Source of the DNA: a virus
Taxonomy: Duplodnaviria > Heunggongvirae > Uroviricota > Caudoviricetes
DNA: 64,000 nt
Strand: one strand, 5' to 3'
IMG/VR virus record: IMGVR_UViG_3300038393_001148
This document shows, piece by piece, positions 1 to 7,333 of this stretch (positions within the stretch are counted from its first letter, which is position 1; each line of letters opens with the position of its first letter). Made by a program: the position numbers and the translations under genes. A model generated the notes under the pieces. The model was not told the origin of the DNA. It saw nothing but the letters and a program-made list of their open reading frames with translations, and ran no database searches.

Positions 1-193
1 AATAATTTGGCCCGACCGAATAGCCTAGCTCCTCGCAGGCTGCAAGCGTGGTCGCTACGATCTCGTGCTGATGAACCCCATAGCCGGGGCAGAGCGGATC
101 GAAGAGGAGCCGCCATTGTTCGTCCTCCCCCCAGAGCAGCCAGGCGTTGGTATGCCTAGCATCGCTGCCTGTGGTGACGTAGTAGTAGTTCAT
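1..193 (-). CDS. Partial small protein whose C-terminus runs off the window. The N-terminus carries the Trp-rich module (WLLWGEDEQWRLLF) seen in the zinc-ribbon family.
   Basis: Minus-strand ATG at 193 overlaps the stop of gene 190..474 (ATGA). The translation MNYYYVTTGSDARHTNAWLLWGEDEQWRLLFDP resembles the N-termini of 190..474 and 1213..1515. The track ORF 65..451(+) on the opposite strand is judged spurious. Confidence 0.45.
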   Translation of the reverse strand, partial: MNYYYVTTGSDARHTNAWLLWGEDEQWRLLFDPLCPGYGVHQHEIVATTLAACEELGYSVGPNY

Positions 194-474
194 GGCTTGC
201 ACTCCGGGCAGAGGTATTCCGCATCCCAGGCTTGGAACGTGGCCTCGCAGCTTCCGCAAAAACGGTCCGGGATCTTGGGCTCGATGGTCCGCCAATCGGT
301 GTCCCGATACTTGCTCGGGGGATCGGCATTAAGCTGGAGATTCCCATTGCTGTGCCGGACGTTCCATAATTCTTGCTGCTCGTCCCAGAACAGCGTCCAC
401 GATTTGTCTAGACACTCGCAGAGACGCGGACGCTTGTCCTCGTCATCGTAGATCCACTCGGGAAGCTCCCCCAT
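190..474 (-). CDS. Zinc-ribbon family paralog (W-rich N-terminal module plus C-terminal CGSC-x11-EYLCPECK)
   Basis: Track ORF of 94 aa with WDEQQELW and a C-terminal four-Cys ribbon. It is paralogous to its neighbours. Confidence 0.6.
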   Translation of the reverse strand: MGELPEWIYDDEDKRPRLCECLDKSWTLFWDEQQELWNVRHSNGNLQLNADPPSKYRDTDWRTIEPKIPDRFCGSCEATFQAWDAEYLCPECKP

Positions 475-515
475 AGCCCTAGCAGATTACCAGGAACAAT
501 ATCTACTTACAAGTC

Positions 516-671
516 CTAGTTCAATCCCAACAGGAGGATGACGACACCGGTCGAGCAGATGACGCCTGCCACGAGAGATGAAGCATGCCCACCGCTACGG
601 AAGTAGTGGTGGAAGTTCAACGCGGCGAAGGCCGCATTTAGCATGATGAAGATGTTTGCGAGGAAGAACAT
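516..671 (-). CDS. 51-aa hydrophobic membrane peptide, missed by the 60-aa ORF cutoff
   Basis: Hand translation of the minus strand gives MFFLANIFIMLNAAFAALNFHHYFRSGGHASSLVAGVICSTGVVILLLGLN*, which contains two hydrophobic stretches. Confidence 0.35.
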   Translation of the reverse strand: MFFLANIFIMLNAAFAALNFHHYFRSGGHASSLVAGVICSTGVVILLLGLN

Positions 672-685
672 AGCCGCTAACTCTA

Positions 686-973
686 TCAGGAACAATAACT
701 ACAATCAAGTCGGCATGAATGACAGAGATAGTCCGCGTTGATGGCGTAGATGATGCCTTCGCAGTTGGCGCAGGCTCGATGAGGAATGACGCTGACGTTG
801 GCCTGCCACTGATCGTACTGGATCCCTACGCTAGTGCGGACGGTGTTGGGATCGTCGCGCTCATGCCACATGTGCCAGCCCTGCCAGGACTCGTCGTACC
901 AGATGACCAACCAGTAGTCCCTGATCCCAGATCGGACCTTGGCGCAGTAGGTCTGAGAACGGTCACGCTCCAT
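686..973 (-). CDS. Zinc-ribbon family paralog (WYDESWQGW ... CANCEGIIYAINADYLCHSCR)
   Basis: Track ORF 686..1075. An internal Met (MERDRSQ...) at 973 removes the overlap with the upstream gene and matches the length of the other paralogs. Confidence 0.55.
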   Translation of the reverse strand: MERDRSQTYCAKVRSGIRDYWLVIWYDESWQGWHMWHERDDPNTVRTSVGIQYDQWQANVSVIPHRACANCEGIIYAINADYLCHSCRLDCSYCS

Positions 974-1220
974 CTCTGCACCTCGGACAGAGATAGTCGA
1001 GGAAGCTTGGCCCGCCACACTCTGCGCACTGGAGCCAGAGCCAGTGGAGCGGGCTGAAGTTCGCGGCCTTAACATAGTCGTCAGCTAGCAGGCCGGGATG
1101 CCAATCGCGGTCCAGAGCGTGCCGCCCGGGACTTCTACACGAACTCCAGTGCCAACGCTCAGCTACCTTCCACATCATCACGAATTCGCTGCCGTAGTGA
1201 TAGAAGCGACAGTCATCCAT
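963..1220 (-). CDS. Zinc-ribbon family paralog (CAECGGPSFLDYLCPRCR)
   Basis: Track ORF of 85 aa. The C-terminal motif is nearly identical to those of 1213..1515 and 1525..1845. Confidence 0.6.
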   Translation of the reverse strand: MDDCRFYHYGSEFVMMWKVAERWHWSSCRSPGRHALDRDWHPGLLADDYVKAANFSPLHWLWLQCAECGGPSFLDYLCPRCRDGA

Positions 1221-1515
1221 GGCGGCAGCCCTTGCATAGATAATCCAGGAACGATGGCTCCTCGCACTCGGCGCAGACGGGCCATGATAATGGACAACCG
1301 CTGTCGATGATCTTCCAATCCTTCAGGAAGGAATCCAACTCTAACTCTCCCGAGGAGAAGGGCTCATCGGGAGCCAGCGAGCACGCCAGCCCCAGGCCCT
1401 CCTCGTCGTTATAGGCCCATAGCTCCTGGTCGTCATCCCACCAGATGAGATAGCAGCGCCCGATGCGCCGTTCTCGGACAACGCCTTCGAAGCTATGAGG
1501 GAGGAGCCAGCCCAT
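1213..1515 (-). CDS. Zinc-ribbon family paralog (YLIWWDDDQELW ... CAECEEPSFLDYLCKGCR)
   Basis: Track ORF of 100 aa. It has both the W-rich N-terminal module and the canonical ribbon. Confidence 0.65.
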   Translation of the reverse strand: MGWLLPHSFEGVVRERRIGRCYLIWWDDDQELWAYNDEEGLGLACSLAPDEPFSSGELELDSFLKDWKIIDSGCPLSWPVCAECEEPSFLDYLCKGCRHG

Positions 1516-1524
1516 CGCCCTACA

Positions 1525-1845
1525 TTAGCGGGCAGAATATTTCACGTCAAGCCTGCATCGTTGACAGAGATAGTCTAGGAACGATGGCTCAGCACATTCC
1601 GCGCAGCGCGGCCAGGGCACCGGACAACTGCGCTCTACCTCCACGAAGCCGCTCCTGCGCATCTCGGTGAGGTTGAGGCAGATATATTGGCCCCGGTCGG
1701 TCCGCAGGGTTTTGGAGTTGTCGTTCTCCATCACGTCCCTGACCCAGTGATAGCCGGAGATCTTCCGCTGCTTGGCGCTGAGCCGATGGCTCATCATGAG
1801 ATAAACATCGTCCCGAGGATGATAGAGCAGACGGCCGTCAGTCAT
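1525..1845 (-). CDS. Zinc-ribbon family paralog (CAECAEPSFLDYLCQRCR)
   Basis: Track ORF of 106 aa. The DNA of the C-terminal motif (gagccatcgttcctagactatctctg) is almost identical to that of 1213..1515. Confidence 0.65.
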   Translation of the reverse strand: MTDGRLLYHPRDDVYLMMSHRLSAKQRKISGYHWVRDVMENDNSKTLRTDRGQYICLNLTEMRRSGFVEVERSCPVPWPRCAECAEPSFLDYLCQRCRLDVKYSAR

Positions 1846-1963
1846 CCCGCCTCCGAATGCGCAGATAGAGGGCGCGCAGCAACCGGGCGCAGCCGTAGGC
1901 CAACGCCGCAGCGGCGCTCAGCACGAGGATCCCGATGGCCCAAAAGGCAAGGAAGTTGACCAT
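1838..1963 (-). CDS. 41-aa hydrophobic peptide (MVNFLAFWAIGILVLSAAAALAYGCARLLRALYLRIRRRDD), below the ORF cutoff
   Basis: Hand translation. Its TGA stop overlaps the ATG of gene 1525..1845 (ATGA coupling). It has a single TM-like helix followed by a basic tail. Confidence 0.3.
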   Translation of the reverse strand: MVNFLAFWAIGILVLSAAAALAYGCARLLRALYLRIRRRDD

Positions 1964-2011
1964 GGCCCCGAGCACATTAGCAGGGAGAATATGTTCTGGC
2001 AAGCCTACACA

Positions 2012-2149
2012 TCACAGAGACCTAGATCCGATGGCAAACCACAGGATGCCAAGGGCTACAGGGATGAATAGCCACGGCCAGGTGACGCAGGCCGCAATGA
2101 TGCAGAGGAGAATGATGATGAAGAGGGGTGTATCTTCGGTTGGCCACAT
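2012..2149 (-). CDS. Small two-TM membrane protein (MWPTEDTPLFIIILLCIIAACVTWPWLFIPVALGILWFAIGSRSL)
   Basis: Track ORF 2012..2242. Its first 31 codons are a translation of the tandem 12-bp DNA repeats, so the internal Met at 2149 is preferred as the start. Confidence 0.35.
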   Translation of the reverse strand: MWPTEDTPLFIIILLCIIAACVTWPWLFIPVALGILWFAIGSRSL

Positions 2150-2171
2150 GGTCTCAGAGTACCACACGGTT

Positions 2172-2228
2172 GCCTTGTAGCCTTGTAGAGTCCCTTCAGA
2201 GACCCTTGTAGAGACCCTTGTAGAGTAC
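2172..2228. repeat. Five tandem copies of a 9–13 bp unit CCTTGTAGAG(A/T)(C/A)C at the edge of the divergent control region
   Basis: Read directly: gccttgtag / ccttgtagagtc / ccttcagagac / ccttgtagagac / ccttgtagagtac. Confidence 0.6.
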
Positions 2229-2708
2229 CAGACCACCCTCAAAAGCGCTCACCTTATGCGCGCGTATAGGCATAGCACTCGACCCAAGGCATAGGCTATG
2301 CCTCGTCTCAATGCTATTAACAACCTGCAATACATTATTGCACTTGGCTTAGTAGAGCCAAATCAAACGACATTCTCCCAGGGCCAGGTAAGGATTTAAT
2401 AGTAACCTAGCCTGATCATATAGGCCATTAGCATCCCATACCACAAGAGGATGGCCTACACCTCGGTCATACACATACATCAAGCCCCATGTCCTATGCG
2501 TTGACTCGACATAAGGCCTATGACAAGAAGCGGAGGGCCCGAGAAAGGAGGCTCATTTGTTGCGGTAGGGTGATAGCCCTTCCGGCAGCGGTTTGTAATT
2601 TTCAACTTTCTTGCTATGGGTCCTTGCATTGGGTAACAGACCGGGATTGAGATTCCCTACACTTTAGGAGTCCCTATGGGAACCCGAGAGGACGGGTCCT
2701 CTGCGGTA

Positions 2709-2736
2709 TTGACAGAGAATATTGCGTCTGTATCAC
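2709..2736 (+). promoter_or_regulatory. Candidate sigma70-like promoter TTGACA-N16-TATCAC
   Basis: TTGACAgagaatattgcgtctgTATCAC. It shares the TTGACAGA(G/T)A -35 context with the promoters at 2768, 3997, 6239 and 6714. Confidence 0.35.
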
Positions 2737-2767
2737 ATCCCGTGCAGGGTCCCATATCTGATGGAAC

Positions 2768-2796
2768 TTGACAGATAAGGTCCCTTCGGGTATCAT
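2768..2796 (+). promoter_or_regulatory. Candidate promoter TTGACA-N17-TATCAT. The ATG of gene 2803 lies 6 nt downstream of the -10, which implies a leaderless mRNA.
   Basis: TTGACAgataaggtcccttcgggTATCATaggcatATG. Confidence 0.45.
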
Positions 2797-2802
2797 AGGC
2801 AT

Positions 2803-2988
2803 ATGCGCGTTCGTATCAGCTACACAGTAGACGTGGATGATCAATTCCGACGCGAAATCAATCGCTGGTATGGCCGCCCTGGGCTCGCCAGCCGCGAGGA
2901 GGTCAAGCGCTGGTTTGAGCGGAACGGCTCCTCAATGAACGATGATCTATCCCTTCAGGCCGACGCCGACGAACGCGACGAAGAATGA
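2803..2988 (+). CDS. Hypothetical 61-aa acidic protein, first gene of the rightward early block
   Basis: Track ORF. It sits immediately after the leaderless promoter, and its stop overlaps the next start. Confidence 0.4.
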   Translation: MRVRISYTVDVDDQFRREINRWYGRPGLASREEVKRWFERNGSSMNDDLSLQADADERDEE

Positions 2989-3239
2989 CTACCCCATATC
3001 GTATCGCCTGTCGTCATGGGCATGAGGCCTCCGTTCATCGAAACGGTCTATGCGTTCACTGCCTTATTGAGGGGAAGAACGAGCGAGCGTTTTATCTCTA
3101 CGAGGACGGACGACGACGGCAGATTTTTACTAATCATGGGGAAATGATTCCCCTTCCCGTCTTTACTCGTTGCGCCGAATGCAATGAGTTCGTTGACGAG
3201 GAGGGGGATTATCTCTGCCCCGGATGCCGTTATGGATAA
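2985..3239 (+). CDS. Double zinc-binding protein (CRHGHE...CVHC plus CAECNEFVDEEGDYLCPGCR). Paralog of 4956..5216.
   Basis: Track ORF of 84 aa. It aligns along its full length with 4956..5216. Confidence 0.65.
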   Translation: MTTPYRIACRHGHEASVHRNGLCVHCLIEGKNERAFYLYEDGRRRQIFTNHGEMIPLPVFTRCAECNEFVDEEGDYLCPGCRYG

Positions 3240-3549
3240 CGCCTGGCTCCTCATCCTTCGAGGAGAGGAAGAGAATTACCACCGTTGGATCTGCGTCTGG
3301 TACGAGAACGACATGTTCTGGGATAGCTACATGAATCCCAAGGCGGACACCATTCAATCCTTTCCCGAGGGCACAAGCGGCTATGAGTCCCTGCCAGAAT
3401 ATGACTCCAGCTTCAAGGTGATTCCCAACGCCTCTCCTCTCCCCGTGGGCGTCTGCGGGGGATGCGAAAGCCCCGCCCTCTTGGGCGACTATCTGTGTAA
3501 GAAATGTAGAGCGTCTAATGACGAGGACTCTGCTAGGCTGACGCCATGA
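3232..3549 (+). CDS. Zinc-ribbon family paralog (WICVWYENDMFWDSY ... CGGCESPALLGDYLCKKCR)
   Basis: Track ORF 3184..3549. The internal Met at 3232 gives the W-rich N-terminus and removes most of the overlap. Confidence 0.6.
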   Translation: MDNAWLLILRGEEENYHRWICVWYENDMFWDSYMNPKADTIQSFPEGTSGYESLPEYDSSFKVIPNASPLPVGVCGGCESPALLGDYLCKKCRASNDEDSARLTP

Positions 3550-3830
3550 TCCGGGTACGAATCGTGGGCTTGGCGGCAGGCGGCAAGACGCCCTTCGACG
3601 GGAAGTTCCTCAAGGAGTACGACCCGGGACGCGACGGCGTGGATCCCGATGGGAGCCCCATGCTCGCGCATATCGTCTGCACCGACGATCCCGAGCAGGC
3701 GCTCGTACTCGAAGATCTCGCGGCGCTGCACGAACTGTGGACGCGCGTAGACCCGCGCCGTCCCACTCGGCCGGACGGCAAGCCCAACATGCCGCTGACG
3801 GCGTTCACGGTCGCAACGGAGCAGGCGTGA
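3546..3830 (+). CDS. Hypothetical 94-aa protein
   Basis: Track ORF, start/stop coupled to 3549. Confidence 0.4.
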   Translation: MIRVRIVGLAAGGKTPFDGKFLKEYDPGRDGVDPDGSPMLAHIVCTDDPEQALVLEDLAALHELWTRVDPRRPTRPDGKPNMPLTAFTVATEQA

Positions 3831-3996
3831 CCTGGAAGATCGATGGGCTGGACGAGGGAGAGTTTCTAACCCTCTGGCAGCTTCGCTATCTGCGGGCGGA
3901 CGGGACGCCCTGGCCGGGGATCCATCTGGCGCGGCTGATGACGGCCATCACGATCCTGCGCGGCGCTCATCCCGAGCGGCTTGTTCCTTACCATCC

Positions 3997-4025
3997 TTGA
4001 CAGAGAATTTTCATCTCAGTAAGGT
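3997..4025 (+). promoter_or_regulatory. Candidate promoter TTGACA-N17-TAAGGT. The ATG of gene 4032 lies 7 nt downstream (leaderless).
   Basis: TTGACAgagaattttcatctcagTAAGGTgagtccATG. The same -10 hexamer TAAGGT occurs at 6737. Confidence 0.45.
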
Positions 4026-4031
4026 GAGTCC

Positions 4032-4301
4032 ATGACTGATCGAGCGAAAGAGCGCGACGGGGTTTACTGCGGTAGTCCCGGAGCGATCCGCGCGGCAGCA
4101 ACGGCGTATCCCGGCGCAGATTCGGCAAAGCTTGCCGACGCACTAATCGCGTCTCACCATCCCGTCCTTGGGCTGGATCGGTCGGTGTGTCTCCGTGACA
4201 TCATCGAAGCGTTAGACAAGGAAGCTGGCATGGGCTTCGGCGACCCGGATGACCCGTTCTGGTATGTGGCGAGGTTCCTGGAGCGCAAGTTCAATGGCTG
4301 A
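4032..4301 (+). CDS. Hypothetical 89-aa protein
   Basis: Track ORF directly downstream of the leaderless promoter. Confidence 0.45.
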   Translation: MTDRAKERDGVYCGSPGAIRAAATAYPGADSAKLADALIASHHPVLGLDRSVCLRDIIEALDKEAGMGFGDPDDPFWYVARFLERKFNG

Positions 4302-4611
4302 GACGCCGATGTTCGATGGAACGCCATATGCCGGGTCCCTCTGGCGGGACTATAACGATCATATCTTCCGCCTAGACAGGATCACCGAAGATTTGTCTCG
4401 GCGAGCCTCCGACGAAAAATTCGGCCTGGAGCCTTTGCTGACCCTCCACGGGACGATGATGTATTGCCCCGACTGGTGCCAGGATCCCCGGCATGCCGAT
4501 GGGCAGCCCTACGAGACCTGGGCGCTGCCCAAGGATCTGCCGAGCGGCGAGATCTTCGGCTGGTCCCTCATGTGGATGAACAATGGACCGTCGAGCCATG
4601 ACTCGGATTAG
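4294..4611 (+). CDS. Hypothetical 105-aa protein
   Basis: Track ORF 4249..4611. The internal Met (MAETPMF) overlaps the upstream stop (ATGGCTGA). Confidence 0.45.
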   Translation: MAETPMFDGTPYAGSLWRDYNDHIFRLDRITEDLSRRASDEKFGLEPLLTLHGTMMYCPDWCQDPRHADGQPYETWALPKDLPSGEIFGWSLMWMNNGPSSHDSD

Positions 4612-4623
4612 CGAGCTAGGACA

Positions 4624-4962
4624 TTGATGGACGATCATCCCAACAACAACGTCAGAGGTGGCCTGGGCATCCTCAAGGATGCGCAAGATCAACGCTGGCA
4701 GCATATAGGAATGCGGGTCCTCGGACCCGCCGAGCGTCTTGACATCTTCTGCCTGTTGGATAATGACGATGGCTGTCAGACCAAGTTCGTCCAACCACAC
4801 GATCCCTGGCTGGACAGCCTAGTGGCTTTTGTTCCGTCCATGCGCGACATGAGTTGTTGCGATAGGTGCGGTGGATGGTGGAATAAGAGAATGTTTGACT
4901 GGCTGAATGCCCCGGATTATATGTGCCCATTTTGTCGTTACGACCTTGACGACCAATGGTAG
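4624..4962 (+). CDS. Zinc-ribbon family variant (CCDRCGGWW...DYMCPFCRYD)
   Basis: Track ORF of 112 aa with the family signature at its C-terminus. Confidence 0.55.
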   Translation: MMDDHPNNNVRGGLGILKDAQDQRWQHIGMRVLGPAERLDIFCLLDNDDGCQTKFVQPHDPWLDSLVAFVPSMRDMSCCDRCGGWWNKRMFDWLNAPDYMCPFCRYDLDDQW

Positions 4963-5216
4963 GCATCCGGGGAAAAGACTACATAATCTCGTGCCGCCAT
5001 GGGCACGAGGATACTCTCCATCAAGCCGGAGATTGCAGAGAATGTCTTAAGCGTGGCCGCAAGGAATCCGCTTTCCGCCTCTGGAAAGACGGAACGATAG
5101 AGACTTACTATGATCAGCCATTGCCTCCCATGTGCCGCTGCGCAGAGTGCGACAAGTTCATCGCGGCCAGCGATGATTATCTCTGCGAAGACTGTAGAGT
5201 CCAGGTGGATAGATGA
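4956..5216 (+). CDS. Double zinc-binding protein (CRHGHE...CRECL plus CAECDKFIAASDDYLCEDCR). Paralog of 2985..3239.
   Basis: Track ORF of 86 aa. Confidence 0.65.
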   Translation: MVGIRGKDYIISCRHGHEDTLHQAGDCRECLKRGRKESAFRLWKDGTIETYYDQPLPPMCRCAECDKFIAASDDYLCEDCRVQVDR

Positions 5217-5419
5217 ATATCTGTTCCCTCTGCCATAACGAAGTGATTATCAGGACGCTTCCGGCGAGCGGGGTCATGATCGAGGAATGCCGGACGTGCA
5301 AGACGGCAACGAACTGGCATACGCATACAAAAATGAACTGCACGCGCCTCTGTCATTGCGGCAAGGGCATTTGGCAAGACGACTATCTATGCTGCTGGTG
5401 TCGGAGCGAACATGACTAA
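5213..5419 (+). CDS. Double zinc-ribbon protein (CSLCHNE...CRTCK ... CHCGKGIWQDDYLCCWCR). Upstream partner of cassette copy 1.
   Basis: Track ORF of 68 aa. Confidence 0.55.
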   Translation: MNICSLCHNEVIIRTLPASGVMIEECRTCKTATNWHTHTKMNCTRLCHCGKGIWQDDYLCCWCRSEHD

Positions 5420-5705
5420 CGAAGAATTCATCGCGGCGGCTGAGTACTACAGGTGCCCGTTCTTCGCCAAGAGCGACCCGTGGGCAGCGACCTGGCTCGT
5501 GCGCTGGAACGGAACAGAATGGGAAGAATCCCGCTCTGATAAAGATGGCCTGCTTAAGGACGAGTTCTCCCCAATGGGCGGCATCAGCCACTTCACACTC
5601 CGATGCTGGGAGTTAGCGTGGAAAGATAGATTCCTGTTCTACAACCAGCCCGCTAGGCCTATTGCCGAGGACCTTTATGAGCACATGAGATCGGTGGACC
5701 CTTGA
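5412..5705 (+). CDS. 'MTNEEFIA...RPARPIAEDLYEHMR' family protein, copy 1
   Basis: Track ORF of 97 aa. It shares its N-terminus and C-terminal motif with 5953..6243 and its C-terminal motif with 7588..7890. Confidence 0.6.
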   Translation: MTNEEFIAAAEYYRCPFFAKSDPWAATWLVRWNGTEWEESRSDKDGLLKDEFSPMGGISHFTLRCWELAWKDRFLFYNQPARPIAEDLYEHMRSVDP

Positions 5706-5953
5706 TGGACATTGATCCGGGCCGCTGGTGCGGCGAATGCCGAATTCTGGCCTGCACACCGGGAGATTATCTCTGCAAGCACTGTCGGCTGGACGATGGC
5801 GCACCCATCGTCCAGTGGTGGATGAATGGGGCGATGAAGGGCGTCTACGCGGAGGTATATTTTCTCTCGAATTACGAGGGTAAGAATTATGTCTGCGAGA
5901 CGAAGCCTCCGCATAGGGTGTACGCTGTCGGGCCTACGGGGATCAAACGCTGA
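5702..5953 (+). CDS. Protein with the zinc ribbon at its N-terminus (CGECRILACTPGDYLCKHCR)
   Basis: Track ORF of 83 aa. Confidence 0.55.
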   Translation: MMDIDPGRWCGECRILACTPGDYLCKHCRLDDGAPIVQWWMNGAMKGVYAEVYFLSNYEGKNYVCETKPPHRVYAVGPTGIKR

Positions 5954-6243
5954 TGACTAACGAAGAATTTATCGCTGATGCCAAGTTTTACAAACGCTCG
6001 TTTTACGCTAAGAGCCACAGGCGAAGTGGAACCTGGCTTCTCCAGTGGAAGGAGGGCGAAGGTTGGCAAGAACGCGAAATAAGACGGGACGAGTGGGTAT
6101 CGGCCACGACCATTAACCACTTTTTCACCACTCCGGACAATGATTGGAAACTATCCTGGGCCGACGATACTCTGATCTATGATCGACCTGCCAGGCCCAC
6201 GGCTGAAGACTGGTATGAACACATGAGACTAAGGGACCCTTGA
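5953..6243 (+). CDS. 'MTNEEFIA...RPARPTAEDWYEHMR' family protein, copy 2
   Basis: Track ORF of 96 aa. It is a tandem paralog of 5412..5705. Confidence 0.6.
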   Translation: MTNEEFIADAKFYKRSFYAKSHRRSGTWLLQWKEGEGWQEREIRRDEWVSATTINHFFTTPDNDWKLSWADDTLIYDRPARPTAEDWYEHMRLRDP

Positions 6244-6267
6244 CAGGGGCCCTTGCGCAAAATATTC
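6239..6267 (+). promoter_or_regulatory. Candidate promoter TTGACA-N17-TATTCT
   Basis: TTGACAggggcccttgcgcaaaaTATTCT. It overlaps the stop of 5953..6243, and gene 6289 begins 21 nt downstream. Confidence 0.35.
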
Positions 6268-6288
6268 TGATCCGGTAGGATCCGCCGC

Positions 6289-6492
6289 ATGGCTACTTAC
6301 AAGAAGGTCATCAACCTCCAGCCCGGCGACCAGATCATCCGGGACCCGAGCATCCGCTTTCCGGATCTCCGGTTCTTGGGAACGGTGGAGCAGGTCATCG
6401 CCCTCGGCGATGACGCGGACACGTTCGAGATCAAGCTCCAGCCTTCCGGATCCTTCAAGCGCCCGGCCAAGCATCTCCTGGAGGTGCAGTAG
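6289..6492 (+). CDS. Hypothetical 67-aa protein
   Basis: Track ORF. Confidence 0.4.
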   Translation: MATYKKVINLQPGDQIIRDPSIRFPDLRFLGTVEQVIALGDDADTFEIKLQPSGSFKRPAKHLLEVQ

Positions 6493-6711
6493 ATGGCCCG
6501 CACCAGGGACGAGTGGGTGCAGGCCATGGGCGAGGACGTGAAGCTGATCAACTACTACCTGCGTCTACGCCGCGAGGATGAGGAGCCCACCGCGCTCTCC
6601 TTCGCCATGGCCCTCAAGGAGGCCCGGCGACTTCAGTCCGATATCTATCGCTATGCCCACGATATCTACGGGATTAGCAAGGAAGACATCGACGCGGAGC
6701 GCCCGCTATGA
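6493..6711 (+). CDS. Hypothetical 72-aa protein
   Basis: Track ORF directly abutting the gene at 6492. Confidence 0.4.
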   Translation: MARTRDEWVQAMGEDVKLINYYLRLRREDEEPTALSFAMALKEARRLQSDIYRYAHDIYGISKEDIDAERPL

Positions 6712-6713
6712 AG

Positions 6714-6742
6714 TTGACACACCTCACTTAGCCTGGTAAGGT
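6714..6742 (+). promoter_or_regulatory. Candidate promoter TTGACA-N17-TAAGGT. The ATG of gene 6750 lies 7 nt downstream (leaderless).
   Basis: TTGACAcacctcacttagcctggTAAGGTagaagtcATG. This is the same geometry as at 3997. Confidence 0.45.
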
Positions 6743-6749
6743 AGAAGTC

Positions 6750-7073
6750 ATGGATCTACAGAATCTACGGCTTGCTTACACCAAGGGGCAGCGAGCCGCG
6801 TTGAAGCTCCTACTGGAGGATCCGCGCCTGCCCGAGGACGCCAAGGAATTGGTGCTCGAACATCATGGCTACACCGAGGCCATGATCGCGGAGATGGAGG
6901 CTCCTCAATATTCTTCTGAGGAACTTGAGGCCATCGCCCATGTGGAAGAGCGCATCAGGGAGGACGGCGCTCATAGCGTCTCCGGATGCCCGCGCTATTG
7001 CCGCGCCATGTGCCAATATCGGAAGACGATTAAGGAGCTTGAAGCGAAGGGCTGGAAGCCTACAAGTCAATGA
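6750..7073 (+). CDS. Hypothetical 107-aa protein
   Basis: Track ORF downstream of the leaderless promoter. Confidence 0.45.
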   Translation: MDLQNLRLAYTKGQRAALKLLLEDPRLPEDAKELVLEHHGYTEAMIAEMEAPQYSSEELEAIAHVEERIREDGAHSVSGCPRYCRAMCQYRKTIKELEAKGWKPTSQ

Positions 7074-7315
7074 CCTTCCGACACAAAGATAACAAAGAGT
7101 CCCGATGGGAATGGCTGCCCGAGATCTCGGCGCTGAAGGTTGTTGATGGGCCACGAGCGGGCGAAATTATCGGCAACGGTCAATACACGCAGAAATATAT
7201 CTCACAGTACATCGAGTCCGGCGTCTGGATCGAAGTGTATCAATTCCGTTGCGCTAACTGCGATGCAGGAGTGGGAGAACTCGACTATCTATGTCGGAAG
7301 TGCCGAGATGTCTAG
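7070..7315 (+). CDS. Zinc-ribbon family paralog (CANCDAGVGELDYLCRKCRDV)
   Basis: Track ORF of 81 aa. Confidence 0.6.
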   Translation: MTFRHKDNKESRWEWLPEISALKVVDGPRAGEIIGNGQYTQKYISQYIESGVWIEVYQFRCANCDAGVGELDYLCRKCRDV

Positions 7316-7333
7316 AGGCGAATATACAGGACA

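Noticed and set aside
65-451. Track ORF 65..451 (+) of 128 aa
   Set aside because: It lies antisense to two minus-strand genes (1..193 and 190..474) that belong to the paralog family and are start/stop coupled. It is most likely a spurious high-GC antisense ORF.
1555-1585. Plus-strand TTGACAGAGATAGTCTAGG resembling the early promoter -35 context
   Set aside because: It is the reverse complement of the codons for L-D-Y-L-C-Q in the minus-strand gene 1525..1845, i.e. the conserved coding motif, not an intergenic promoter. The same applies around 690–720 and 1240–1260.
2243-2802. Possible tRNA gene(s) in the 550-bp divergent control region (hairpins such as GGGA-TTGAGAT-TCCC)
   Set aside because: No canonical T-loop (TTCRANY) or cloverleaf of the right length could be assembled by eye. 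The region is better explained as promoters and operators. tRNAscan-SE should still be run.
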